From: Minisyncoccota bacterium
GTDB taxonomy: Bacteria; Patescibacteriota; Minisyncoccia; Phycocordibacterales; Phycocordibacteraceae
Assembly: GCA_018062765.1 (NCBI GenBank)
Contig: JAGORR010000001.1
Span: forward strand, 10,087 to 74,086
DNA length: 64,000 bases
Direction of reading: 5' to 3'
This document shows, in pieces, positions 9,415-19,227 of this stretch; the stretch's first letter is position 1; each line of letters starts with the position of its first letter. Under the pieces are notes generated by a model. That model was not told where the DNA came from. It made no database searches and saw only the letters and a program-made list of their open reading frames with translations. Both the position numbers and the translations under genes were made by a program.

Positions 9415-10854
9415 CTACGCAGTAAGGCGCGGGAAAAGATTCTCAGGCTTCGTGTTCGCTGCCACCGCTGCAAGTATCGATACCGAGGTCTTCGGCATGA
9501 ATGGAACAAGGTGCGCCGCAACCTTGGCGAGATGCCGCACGAGCTTCTCTATCGCGTCGCGCGCGGCGTCTGCAGTTGCGGCATCCTTTATCTTCTTGTA
9601 CGGCTCCTCACTCGTCATGAACTCGTCGCCCTTCGCCACGTGCTCGAAAATAAGGTCCATCGCTTCGTGAAAAGAAAACCGATTCATCTTCTCCGTAAAT
9701 TCCGCCTCTACGAACGTGTCTTCTTGTGAGAGCGTTACCGGCGCAGAGAGATGATCTTCCGCAAGCTTCATCACGCGCGCAACAAGATTCCCGAGCCCGT
9801 TTACTAGGTTCGCAGTGTACCACTCATCCATGCGCTCCCAGGTGATGTCCGAGTCCTCAAAGGGATGCACATGGCGCAAGAGCAGGTAGCGCGTCGCCTC
9901 CGTCCCGTACTTCGAGACAAGCTCATACGGATTGATGACGTTCCCCAGAGACTTCGACATGCGTTGGCCGCCGGAGTTAATGAACCCATGATAGAAGACT
10001 TGGTCGGTGTTCTTTACTCCTGCTGACATAAGCATCGCCTGCCACATAAGTGACTGAAAACGCACCTGGTCCTTTCCCGCAACCTGCATTACCCGCCCTT
10101 CCTCCCAGAACTTCGCAAACTTCCCTTCCGCGTCCGCGGGCCACCCCAAGGTAGAGATGTAGTTAGTAAGAGCATCGAACCAGACATACATGACCTGACT
10201 TTCGTCGCCAGGTACGGGTACGCCCCACGTAAGCCGCGCCTTCTCGCGGGAGATTGAGAAGTCCTCGAGTCCGCCTTTCACAAACGCGATAGCCTCCTCG
10301 CGCCGCCAATCGGGTGCTATAGAATCCTCGCGCGAGAGGTACTCGAGCAATGCATCCTGATACTTTGAGAAACGGAAGAAGTAATTCTCTTCAGTTATCT
10401 CTTGGAGCGTGAGCGATGGGTGTATCGGGCACTTTCCTTCTACGATGTCCTTCTCGGTCTTGTAGGCTTCGCACCCGACACAGTAGAGGCCCGTGTAACT
10501 CTTCTTATAGATATCTCCCGCTGCTTCGCAGCGCTTCCACATCTCCTTAGCCGCCTCGTAGTGGCGGGGCTCCGTGGTACGTATGAATGCGTGCTCAGAA
10601 AGCCCTAGCGCGTCTCCCAGCTTACGGAACTCCTCGGAATAGTGATCGACATACGTATGGACGTCCTTCCCTGCCTTCTCTGCAGCCTCGAGGATTTTCT
10701 GCCCATGCTCGTCGGTCCCAGTATTGAAAAAGACCTCATCGCCTGCAAGCCGCCAATTCCTTACAAGCGCGTCTGCCTGCACGAACTCGAGCGCGTTGCC
10801 GATATGCGGGTCCGCGTTCACGTACGGAAGCGTCGTCGTGAGATACCGCCGCAT
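9415..10854 (-). CDS. metG: Methionyl-tRNA synthetase
   Basis: PYVNADPHIGNALEF (HIGH-region variant HIGN), KMSKSLGNVI motif, GTDEHGQKI. Confidence 0.95.
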   Translation of the reverse strand: MRRYLTTTLPYVNADPHIGNALEFVQADALVRNWRLAGDEVFFNTGTDEHGQKILEAAEKAGKDVHTYVDHYSEEFRKLGDALGLSEHAFIRTTEPRHYEAAKEMWKRCEAAGDIYKKSYTGLYCVGCEAYKTEKDIVEGKCPIHPSLTLQEITEENYFFRFSKYQDALLEYLSREDSIAPDWRREEAIAFVKGGLEDFSISREKARLTWGVPVPGDESQVMYVWFDALTNYISTLGWPADAEGKFAKFWEEGRVMQVAGKDQVRFQSLMWQAMLMSAGVKNTDQVFYHGFINSGGQRMSKSLGNVINPYELVSKYGTEATRYLLLRHVHPFEDSDITWERMDEWYTANLVNGLGNLVARVMKLAEDHLSAPVTLSQEDTFVEAEFTEKMNRFSFHEAMDLIFEHVAKGDEFMTSEEPYKKIKDAATADAARDAIEKLVRHLAKVAAHLVPFMPKTSVSILAAVAANTKPENLFPRLTA

Positions 10855-10859
10855 GGAGT

Positions 10860-11972
10860 CTATATGCTATTGGAAAGCTCCGCCGCCTTTCGCTTTCCCT
10901 TCTCTATATCAGCGAAGAATTCCTGAAGTGACGCCGCGATAGGAACCGACAGAAGTATGCCAAGGAAACCAGCCAACTCCGCACCGGCGACTAAGGCGAG
11001 GATGACAAGAAGCGGCGGCAAGCCCACCACCTTCTTCACCACAAGCGGATAAATGAGGTTGGATTCGAACTGATTCAGGATGATGTAGAGCCCGGCGACG
11101 ATAACGGCGAGCGCGAGTCCCTCCGCGGAGAACGCGATGGCAACCGCAAGAAGACCCGCGACAAGCCCTCCGAATATCGGTATGAGCTCCGCCATGCCAG
11201 TGATGATGCCAAGCAGAAGCGCGTGCGGAACGCCCATGATAAGGAGTCCGAGGGTCGTCAGTACGCCCATGATGACCGAGAGCAGAAGTTGCCCCTGCAT
11301 CCATAAACCTATCTTTCGCTTCGCGCGCTGCCAAAGGTCGACGACATAATTCTCATGCTTCACTGGCGTGATGAGACGAAGGAAGTCGTCTACGCCGGTC
11401 TCCTGGAGCGCAAAGTAGAACGAAAGGATGACGACAAGGAAGAGCGCAAATATGCTTCCGAAGAAGGCGGCAATAAGCGCGATAACCCCTTCCGTCCCCG
11501 CGGAGAATACGCCACGCAAGGAAACCAGTGTTGAGAACAGAGACTGTGCCTCGCCACCCTCGGTAGTCGGCGCAAGAACCGAGAGCGACTCAGGGATAGA
11601 AAGGTCATCGAGGTACCCCGGTACTGAGGCGATGAAGGCCTGCGCTTCATCGATGATGGGCGGGAAGAAGAAATAGACGACACTGAATACTGACCCGAAC
11701 ACAAGTACGTACATAAGAAGCACTGAAAAGACGCGCGCGATACCGCGACGGATGAAGAATATGACGCCCGGCTCTATCGCTGAAGCGATGACAATCGCCG
11801 TAAGGATGAGGAGGAGGAGGTCCTTAAGGAGCCATGCGACATACGCCGCAACGCCAATAAAAAGCGCGCGGATTATCGTTCCCGGAGTGATGGAGACGTT
11901 CACCATGCGGTCCATGAGGGGCATACTAGCACATCCCTCCCCGGGGCAGGACTTACGCGAGCGCTTCGGCAA
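10860..11972 (-). CDS. AI-2E family transporter (UPF0118/PerM-like permease)
   Basis: Eight predicted TM helices and AI-2E-like architecture. The N-terminus overlaps the glyQS end; the true start may be the internal MPLMDRM. Confidence 0.75.
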   Translation of the reverse strand: MPKRSRKSCPGEGCASMPLMDRMVNVSITPGTIIRALFIGVAAYVAWLLKDLLLLILTAIVIASAIEPGVIFFIRRGIARVFSVLLMYVLVFGSVFSVVYFFFPPIIDEAQAFIASVPGYLDDLSIPESLSVLAPTTEGGEAQSLFSTLVSLRGVFSAGTEGVIALIAAFFGSIFALFLVVILSFYFALQETGVDDFLRLITPVKHENYVVDLWQRAKRKIGLWMQGQLLLSVIMGVLTTLGLLIMGVPHALLLGIITGMAELIPIFGGLVAGLLAVAIAFSAEGLALAVIVAGLYIILNQFESNLIYPLVVKKVVGLPPLLVILALVAGAELAGFLGILLSVPIAASLQEFFADIEKGKRKAAELSNSI

Positions 11973-13290
11973 TACGCTTCTTCACGTCTTCTATTGATAG
12001 ACGTTCTTGTTCCCCACTATCGCGATGGCGAAGCGTCACGGTGCCGAGTAGCTCCGGCTTCTCTCCTAAAGTATCGAAATCGATGGTGATGCAGAACGGT
12101 GTACCAATCTCATCCTGCCGGCGGTATCGCTTACCGATGTTTCCGTTGTCATCGAACGCAGCGACCACGCCAGCTTTCTTTAGTTCCTTGAATACCTCAC
12201 GCGCCTTTTCAACGAGCTCCGGCTTGTTCTTAAGGAGCGGAAATACCGCCGCCGTATATGGCGCCACCTTAGGAGATAGCTTCAGATACACACGCTTCTC
12301 ACCTCCCTGCTCGTCCTCGGCATACGCGTCCGAAAGCACGGCGAGCACGAGGCGGTCGAGCCCGAAGGTCGGCTCGATGCAGTGCGGGACAATTCTCTCC
12401 TTCGTTTCCTCGTCGAGGTAGGTCAGGTTCTCACCGGAAGCAGCAGCATGCGCCGAGAGGTCGAAGTCGGTGCGATACGCAAGACCGAGTAATTCCTTCT
12501 GACCGAACGGGAAATCGAACTCCGTATCAATGCTCCTCTTGCTGTAGTGCGCGCGGTCTTCCGCCGGCACGTCTATCTTATGAATCTTCGACTCATTGAG
12601 TCCGAGTTCCTTAAGGAACGCGACCTGGAGTAGGAACCACTCGTCAAAAATACGGTTGAGCTCCGCTTCGTTGCGCGGATCTACGAAATACTCTATTTCC
12701 ATCTGCTCGAGCTCCCGCAAGCGGAAGATGAAATCGCGCGGGGCTATCTCGTTACGGAATGCCTTTCCGACCTGCGCAAGTCCGAATGGGAGCTTTGGAT
12801 GAAAAGAGTCGATGACATTCTTGAAGTTCACGAACATGCCGCCTGCGGTCTCGGGGCGCAGGTACACCATCGCGGAATCATCATCAGCCGCGCCGGCCTT
12901 CGTCTTGAACATCATGTTGAACGTGCGCGCTTCCCCCAGCGTCCCCTTCTTCTTGCATGAGGGACACGTATCCGGGCTCTCAAGATGGTCGGCACGGAAA
13001 CGGCCCTTGCAATTGGTGCACTCCACCATCGGATCGTTAAACCCGGTGACGTGACCAGACGCCTCCCACGCCTTGGGGTTCATCAGAATTGCTGCGTCTA
13101 TCCCGTACATATCCTCGCGCTCGGTCACGAAAGTCTTCCACCAGAGCCCACGGATGTTGTTCTTTAGGGCGACGCCCAAGGGGCCGTAATCGTAGGTACC
13201 CGCGAGTCCTCCGTAAATCTCTGAGCCCGGATATACGAAGCCCCTGCGCTTTGCAAGCGAGACAATCTCCTCCATAGAAACCTTATGCAT
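11953..13290 (-). CDS. glyQS: Glycyl-tRNA synthetase (alpha2 dimeric type)
   Basis: N-terminal EEIVSLAKRRGFVYPGSEIYGGLAGTYDYGPLG, typical of GlyRS2. Confidence 0.95.
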   Translation of the reverse strand: MHKVSMEEIVSLAKRRGFVYPGSEIYGGLAGTYDYGPLGVALKNNIRGLWWKTFVTEREDMYGIDAAILMNPKAWEASGHVTGFNDPMVECTNCKGRFRADHLESPDTCPSCKKKGTLGEARTFNMMFKTKAGAADDDSAMVYLRPETAGGMFVNFKNVIDSFHPKLPFGLAQVGKAFRNEIAPRDFIFRLRELEQMEIEYFVDPRNEAELNRIFDEWFLLQVAFLKELGLNESKIHKIDVPAEDRAHYSKRSIDTEFDFPFGQKELLGLAYRTDFDLSAHAAASGENLTYLDEETKERIVPHCIEPTFGLDRLVLAVLSDAYAEDEQGGEKRVYLKLSPKVAPYTAAVFPLLKNKPELVEKAREVFKELKKAGVVAAFDDNGNIGKRYRRQDEIGTPFCITIDFDTLGEKPELLGTVTLRHRDSGEQERLSIEDVKKRIAEALA

Positions 13291-13303
13291 ACAGAAGTTC
13301 TGC

Positions 13304-15196
13304 CTACTGTACCTGACCGAAGGAGGATTGATAAGCCGGGTCGCGGTGGGTCCGTATGTCTATCGCAGGCGCAGTTAGCCCGACCGGTGCTTGGGTAAAC
13401 CGGTCCGTACCAGTGACTTTCTGTGCCGAGATGAGGGTCGGCGAGTCACCTTGCTGCGAGATGCTTGGCGTCAATGATACCTGGAACGCCGCGTCCTTCT
13501 TCCCGTGCGCCGGCAGGCTTCCGATGTTCCAGGTAATGGTGCGCGACGCCTCGTTATACACGACGCTCCCATCTGCGGGCGTCGCAAGTCCCGTATAGGT
13601 CACGTAGCTCGGTATCGTCATCGTCGCGGATGCACCTGCAACTTCGTTCACCGTATTCTCGGCTGTGAGCTGAATCGTGTACGTCGTAGGTACGCCCACC
13701 GTCGGTGGCCACGGCCCCTGGTTCTCGAACGGCCCCTGCGTACGCACCGCGCGCGAGTCGAACGTGAATCCGGTCGCAACCTTCACCGTGCGCGTAAGTA
13801 TGGAAGAGAGGCTTTCAGAAACCCCGCTCTCAGAAAGGCGTCTTCCTGCGACCGATACGACGAGGGTTATCTCCTGCTTCGAAAGATTCGCAAGCGCATC
13901 CCCATCTAATGACGCGAAGGAGAACTGGCCGACGCCGGTGTCGCCAGGCGCGAGCTCCCGCAAACCCCGGCTCGTGTCACGGTCGAAGAGGATCGTCATA
14001 TCGCCCGACTGGAAGAAACCGTCTCCGCTTGATACCTCATAGGGGTCAAGTGCGGCGCCCGAGAGCTTCACGGAGATCTTCGCATCAAGGATCGAGGTCG
14101 GGAGCGTATTCTTCCAGTTCACCTGCGCACCGACTCGCTTCCCTGCCTCGATGACCGGTTTCGCGCTCGTATCGCCATCTACCGTAAGCGCCACTTCTAT
14201 AAAAGGACGGGTGATTCCTATCTCGGAAACCGCAGACGCGTACGCGAGATCGAGCTTCCCAGACTCTGCATCCTTCGAGGTGCCCGCACTCCAATTGAAC
14301 ACCCGGGTGTCATCGTTCACTCCCGCAAGCGTTCCCGTCACGGTAAATCGCTTCTCCTCCCCTGCCTCGAGAGTGCCTAAGGAAAAGAACGTGCCGCTGT
14401 TGCGGCTTTGGATAGACGTATTTGTCACGGTGAACCCGTAGGGATATTGGGCGGACAGGGCGACGTTCTCTATGGGCTCGGTCGAGTTCGCCCGCACCGC
14501 CAAGGAGAACGTCACCGATTGTCCGGAGGACGTTTCCTTTATCGAGGTCGCATTCACCGAGAGCGGAGACGTGGTGATGGTGATATCAAACGGTTCGCTC
14601 TTCTGGAACGTCGCGTTCGAGTTCTCGGTCTCGTACTCGACACGCATCGGTATCGAGAGCTTCTGGTTCTCGCTTCCGAACAGGGTCGCGCGCACCGTCT
14701 GCGTGAACCCGCCTCCCGCCTCTATCGTGCCGACGTCGAAGTTCTGGTGCGTGAGCTCCTTATCGGGGTCGTCCGCGTCACGTGTCCCCGGCGGATAGTC
14801 GATGCCGAGGTTCGAGACGTCTATCGCAACCGGATTCCTGTTCTGCACCGTGATAAGGAGCGTGACGGTCTCGCCGGAGGCCGAGGTCGTGGGGCCGTCA
14901 ACCAGGATGTCGACATGCTCGTCCGAGATGGAGCCGCTTCCCCAGATGAGATACGCCGCAGTCAATGAGCCTGCGACCAGGAAGAACAGGAGGGCTCCGA
15001 TGAAGAATTTTACGGCCAGTGGCATACGGGGCTTCGTCCGGTCAATAAGCGTGGGCGCTGGCGCTTGGTCCCAGCCGCGCGCAACAGGCGCGGAAGCTGG
15101 GATAAGCGTATCAGGCGTGACTGAGGGCGCAGCTTTGGACGCATAGAGCCCTTCGCGCATTCGCTCTAAGGCGCCCTTGTCTTCTTCAGGAGGCAT
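13304..15196 (-). CDS. Large hypothetical surface protein, N-terminal TM anchor plus repeated beta-rich (Ig/DUF11-like) segments
   Basis: A TM helix at residues ~60-85, followed by ~540 residues rich in T/S/V/N with repetitive beta-like periodicity. Confidence 0.45.
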   Translation of the reverse strand: MPPEEDKGALERMREGLYASKAAPSVTPDTLIPASAPVARGWDQAPAPTLIDRTKPRMPLAVKFFIGALLFFLVAGSLTAAYLIWGSGSISDEHVDILVDGPTTSASGETVTLLITVQNRNPVAIDVSNLGIDYPPGTRDADDPDKELTHQNFDVGTIEAGGGFTQTVRATLFGSENQKLSIPMRVEYETENSNATFQKSEPFDITITTSPLSVNATSIKETSSGQSVTFSLAVRANSTEPIENVALSAQYPYGFTVTNTSIQSRNSGTFFSLGTLEAGEEKRFTVTGTLAGVNDDTRVFNWSAGTSKDAESGKLDLAYASAVSEIGITRPFIEVALTVDGDTSAKPVIEAGKRVGAQVNWKNTLPTSILDAKISVKLSGAALDPYEVSSGDGFFQSGDMTILFDRDTSRGLRELAPGDTGVGQFSFASLDGDALANLSKQEITLVVSVAGRRLSESGVSESLSSILTRTVKVATGFTFDSRAVRTQGPFENQGPWPPTVGVPTTYTIQLTAENTVNEVAGASATMTIPSYVTYTGLATPADGSVVYNEASRTITWNIGSLPAHGKKDAAFQVSLTPSISQQGDSPTLISAQKVTGTDRFTQAPVGLTAPAIDIRTHRDPAYQSSFGQVQ

Positions 15197-15205
15197 ACGC
15201 CTCGA

Positions 15206-15775
15206 TTATAGCCCGGAAGCGGCGATGCCCATATTGGCGCGAGTGACGAATGCGGTGCGTTTCCTCTCGACATCCCGGAGCGTATCTATCGAGAACGGCG
15301 CTTCCCTATCCCCCGGTAGATCCCCGGTCTCGAGCCCCAGCGCTTCGAGCGTGCGAAGTACCATGAGGCATTCAAGCGCCTCATGCGCAGCTTCCGGCGT
15401 CTCCTTAAGTGCCGTCATAAAAGCGGTTAGGAGTGTAAAGTGGCGCGCATCCTTCTCGTCAGCAGGCACAAGCCGCAATAGAAGCGCAGCGATGCGTGCT
15501 GCTCGCGTGCGCGAAGCGGGAGTAAGGAGCGAAAACCAGTTCGTGCGCGGCACGGCGCCCCGCACTCGCCACCCTTCGCGCCCTGCAACCAGGGTAAGCT
15601 CGCTTTCCGAAAGGGTCTGGAGCGCACCCGCCAGTTTCGCGCCCATCTTTTTCACGCCCTGCGCGCGTGCGTGGATAAGTCCGAGCTCTGACGTCAGTAT
15701 GGAAAGAAGCGCACTCTCCTCCCCCAAGGGGCGCGTCCGGAGCACTACGCCGTCGCTTGCGTAGCTCTGCCGCAT
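15206..15775 (-). CDS. recO: DNA repair protein RecO (short, 189 aa)
   Basis: N-terminal OB-fold pattern GVVLRTRPLGEESALLSILTSELGLIHARAQG. Lacks the usual C-terminal portion. Confidence 0.65.
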   Translation of the reverse strand: MRQSYASDGVVLRTRPLGEESALLSILTSELGLIHARAQGVKKMGAKLAGALQTLSESELTLVAGREGWRVRGAVPRTNWFSLLTPASRTRAARIAALLLRLVPADEKDARHFTLLTAFMTALKETPEAAHEALECLMVLRTLEALGLETGDLPGDREAPFSIDTLRDVERKRTAFVTRANMGIAASGL

Positions 15776-15777
15776 AG

Positions 15778-18700
15778 TTAGGAAGTCTTACGGAGCGTGA
15801 ACGAAACGGGGCCGGTAGAAAGCTCTGCCGTGTAAGGCCCCGCGCCGCGCTCTATTTCGACCGTGTCTTTGGGCGAGAGCCCGAGCGTCTTGCGCGCCTC
15901 CGCAACCGCCCTCTGGAATTGGCGCTCGTCACCTTCTCGCACCAACTCTGGAGTAAGTGACGTATCGAGAGAGACTTCCGTTGCGCGATATAGAACCTTC
16001 TTTACGTTCACCTCGTCCGCAAGTATCGCGGACAGCTCGGGCGATAGCGAGCCCGGTATTGAAAGCGAAGCGAGCGGCTGGCGCACCGCAACATTCGCCT
16101 TCTGACGGAGCATGAGTGCTTCAGACGCAAGTCGTCGCACCTCCTGCATCTCGCTAATAAGACTCTCGTTCGCGCGCGCGCCGAATATGCGGGCCATCAA
16201 AGGCGCCTTGACCGTCGGCCAGTCAGAGAGGTGCACGCTCTCCGCATCGTCCGCACGCTTCACTGCCTGGAATATCTCCTCTGCCACAAACGGAACGATT
16301 GGAGCCGCAGCACGGGAGAAGCGATGCAGAGTTTCGCGCAAAGTCGAAAGCGCTGCCGCCGCGTCCTTCCCTTTCATACGGTCGCGTGAACGCCTGAGGT
16401 ACCAGGTCGAAAGATCGTCTACAAATTCGCGTATGGGGCGCGTCGCGCGCGGCACGTCATAGCGATCGAACGCCTCCGTCATCTCAGCGATCGTGGCGTC
16501 GAGTCGCGCGGTAATCCAGCGATCAAGCGGGTCTGCACTCTTCTGGCTCGTATCCGTAGCCTCATCCGCAAACAATGAGTAGAACGCAAGAACGTTGCGC
16601 AACATGTTGATGACACGGCTGTGCGCCTCCTTCACATCCTCGTCGCGGAAGAAGAGGTCCTCCGCTTGCATGACGACCGAGGCCATCAGGTAGTAACGGA
16701 ATGCGTCCGCGCCATAGCGGTCAAACAGCAAATACGGGTCGGTGTAGTTCTGCTTCGATTTAGAGAGCTTCGCACCATCGCCCGCGTTCACGTTCCCGGT
16801 CGTGATGACATTTCGGAACGACTGGCGGTCGAAGAGTTCAACGGACATCGCATGCATGTAGTAGAACCACGCGCGCGTCTGGCCGATATACTCCGATATG
16901 AAATCTCCCGGGCTCCGTTTCTCAAACTCGGCACGGTTCTCAAACGGATAGTGGTACTCCGCAAATGGCATGGAGCCAGATTCTACCCAGCAGTCAACGA
17001 CTTCCGGTATGCGCGTAAGCGCCTCTCCCTTCTCATTTACGAGCGAGACGCGGTCGATATAAGGCAAGTGGAAGTCGAGTTCGTACCGCGTGTTGTGCGG
17101 AAGCGGGACGAACGCGAGCGGGCAGACCGTTCCCGGCTCAGGATTCATCTCATCGAGAATTTTCTTGGATTTCTCCGGTCCTGCACCCTCGACGATACCC
17201 GCGAAGACCTCGCAGCCAATACCGTGAGACACAATCAGTATGTTCTCGTTCTCGCTTGAGGCCTCGAGCTCATACAGGAATTCACCGAATCGCTCCTTCG
17301 CATCCTGATAGCTCTCGCCGCCTGGCATGCGGTCATCAAAAGACGTGATGTGCTCATCTTCATATGCGAGGAAGTCCGTGAATGCGCGCCCGTGGTATTC
17401 CCCAAACCCGAACTCGCGGAGCCGATCGTCGTACGTGATGCTGTCCTCTGGAATTCCGAGCTTGCGGGCGATAAGGGCTGCGGTCTCTCTGGTGCGTGCA
17501 AATGGAGACGCGTAAATACGCGTTATGCGTTCCTTGCCAAGACGCGCCGCGGCGTCGTTCACCTGCTCCTTCCCTTTCTCGGTAAGCGGCCACTTCTTTT
17601 CGTCGGTTGAGTCGATGACGTTTTTGGCGTTGTGCTCTGCCTCCCCGTGCCTCATCACGAAGTACCGATTCCCGCTCTTTTTGGTGAGTGATTTAAGCTC
17701 CGCAAGAGAGCCGACAACGGTGACGTCGCCCGCCGCGTTCTTCCAAATCGGGAGCGGGCTCGCCCAGAAGCGGTTCCGGGAGATGGTCCAGTCCGGAGCG
17801 GTCTCTATGATGTGGCGGAACCTGCCCTGCTTCAGATGTTCTGGCACCCAGGTGATGTTCTCATTCTCCTCGAGCATGCGCTCTTTGACCGCCTGTATGT
17901 TTATGAACCAGCTTGAAACGGCGTTAAATATGAGCGCCGTGCCGCACCGATAGCAGTGCGGGTACGAGTGCGTGTACGGACCTGACGAAAAATGCAGGCC
18001 CTTTTCCTTCAGGTACTCGATGACCTTCGGATTCGCCTTGCGGATGTATTCTCCGTGGAGCATCTCAGGCGCGTCCGTGTTGTAGGTCGCGTTCGCATTA
18101 AGAAGCTGCACCATCGGAAGCTTCTCCTTCTGTCCTAGCGCGAAGTCGTCCTCGCCGTACATAACGGCGGTATGGACGACGCCGGTACCATCCTCAGTCG
18201 TGACGAAGTCAGCGGCGACTACCTGATACTTTTTTTCCTTTGCGTTCGCAATCTTCGGTACCTCGAACAATGGTTCGTACTCGACACCGACGATTTTCTT
18301 CGCGGGTACATCCTGCGCAGCAGCCGAGAATCCGTTTACCTCTGCCAACGCCGTCGCAAGCACGAAATGCTCGCCGTTCTTTTCGTAAAGTCCGTACGCG
18401 ACTTCAGGGCCCACCGCCAAGGCGACGTTCCCCGGGAGTGTCCACGGCGTCGTCGTCCACGCGAGGATGAATGTGTTTTCCGGAAGACCGTGCTTACCGG
18501 GATTCTTTACGCGGAATTTCACCGTGACCGCCTCATCCGTCACGTCCTTATAAGTGTTGTCCATCGCGATCTCCGCCTTCGCAAGCGGCGTCTCGCAGTG
18601 CGGGCAGTACATGAGGACCTTCCGTCCCTCGTAGAGCCGGCCCTTCTTGTGTATCTCCTTGAGACCCCACCACACGCTCTCGGTGTAGGACGCATCCATC

Positions 18701-19143
18701 GTCTTGTACGCATTATCGAAATCAACCCAGCGCCCGACACGCTCTACGTAGCGCTTCCAGTCATGGACGTAATCGAGGACCATCGAGCGCGCCGCCTCGT
18801 TGAAGGCTTCTATGCCGGTCGCGAGTATTTCCTTTTTATTCTTGAGTCCGAGCTTCTTCTCGACCAGTGACTCTATGGGGAGTCCGTGGGTGTCCCAGCC
18901 CCATCGGCGCCGTACGAAAAAACCGCGCATCGTCTTGTAGCGCGGGATGACATCCTTCGACACGCTTGAAAGCAAGGAACCCGAGTGAGGGAGCCCGGTC
19001 GCAAACGGCGGCCCGTCGTAAAAGACGAACTCTCCGTTAGGCGCCTTCTTTGAGAGAGATTTTTCGAATATCCCCTTCTCCTTCCAGAAGGCCAATGTCT
19101 TTTCCTCCCGGAGGGCTGCCTCCGATTTCTCTGCCTCTGCCAT
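15778..19143 (-). CDS. ileS: Isoleucyl-tRNA synthetase (type 2/eukaryote-like) with inserted histidine-phosphatase (PGAM-family) domain
   Basis: WGWDTHGLPIE, TTTPWTLPGN, WTISRNRFWASPLPIW, KLSKSKQNY (KMSKS variant). The HIGH position reads PHSGS. Residues ~518-680 carry RHGEAEHN...SPFARTRETA...EFGFGEYHG...VSHG, the histidine phosphatase motifs. Start trimmed from 19218 to the ATG at 19143 (MAEAEKSE...). Confidence 0.9.
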   Translation of the reverse strand: MAEAEKSEAALREEKTLAFWKEKGIFEKSLSKKAPNGEFVFYDGPPFATGLPHSGSLLSSVSKDVIPRYKTMRGFFVRRRWGWDTHGLPIESLVEKKLGLKNKKEILATGIEAFNEAARSMVLDYVHDWKRYVERVGRWVDFDNAYKTMDASYTESVWWGLKEIHKKGRLYEGRKVLMYCPHCETPLAKAEIAMDNTYKDVTDEAVTVKFRVKNPGKHGLPENTFILAWTTTPWTLPGNVALAVGPEVAYGLYEKNGEHFVLATALAEVNGFSAAAQDVPAKKIVGVEYEPLFEVPKIANAKEKKYQVVAADFVTTEDGTGVVHTAVMYGEDDFALGQKEKLPMVQLLNANATYNTDAPEMLHGEYIRKANPKVIEYLKEKGLHFSSGPYTHSYPHCYRCGTALIFNAVSSWFINIQAVKERMLEENENITWVPEHLKQGRFRHIIETAPDWTISRNRFWASPLPIWKNAAGDVTVVGSLAELKSLTKKSGNRYFVMRHGEAEHNAKNVIDSTDEKKWPLTEKGKEQVNDAAARLGKERITRIYASPFARTRETAALIARKLGIPEDSITYDDRLREFGFGEYHGRAFTDFLAYEDEHITSFDDRMPGGESYQDAKERFGEFLYELEASSENENILIVSHGIGCEVFAGIVEGAGPEKSKKILDEMNPEPGTVCPLAFVPLPHNTRYELDFHLPYIDRVSLVNEKGEALTRIPEVVDCWVESGSMPFAEYHYPFENRAEFEKRSPGDFISEYIGQTRAWFYYMHAMSVELFDRQSFRNVITTGNVNAGDGAKLSKSKQNYTDPYLLFDRYGADAFRYYLMASVVMQAEDLFFRDEDVKEAHSRVINMLRNVLAFYSLFADEATDTSQKSADPLDRWITARLDATIAEMTEAFDRYDVPRATRPIREFVDDLSTWYLRRSRDRMKGKDAAAALSTLRETLHRFSRAAAPIVPFVAEEIFQAVKRADDAESVHLSDWPTVKAPLMARIFGARANESLISEMQEVRRLASEALMLRQKANVAVRQPLASLSIPGSLSPELSAILADEVNVKKVLYRATEVSLDTSLTPELVREGDERQFQRAVAEARKTLGLSPKDTVEIERGAGPYTAELSTGPVSFTLRKTS

Positions 19144-19170
19144 GATTGAAATATCGTAGCGTTTTCGCGG

Positions 19171-19206
19171 GTAAAAGGAAAACAGGCCGCGCGTAAGCGC
19201 GGCCTG
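19171..19206 (-). terminator. Rho-independent terminator after small-protein operon / upstream of ileS
   Basis: On the minus strand CAGGCCGCGCTTACGCGCGGCCTG is followed by TTTTCCTTTT. Confidence 0.55.
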
Positions 19207-19227
19207 CGGGTTCGGCACAAGGCCGTG

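Noticed and set aside
16621-18870. Long antisense ORFs inside ileS (e.g. 16621-17259, 18172-18870) and similar ones inside other large genes
   Set aside because: These are typical high-GC antisense open frames with Arg/His-rich low-complexity translations opposite well-supported housekeeping genes.
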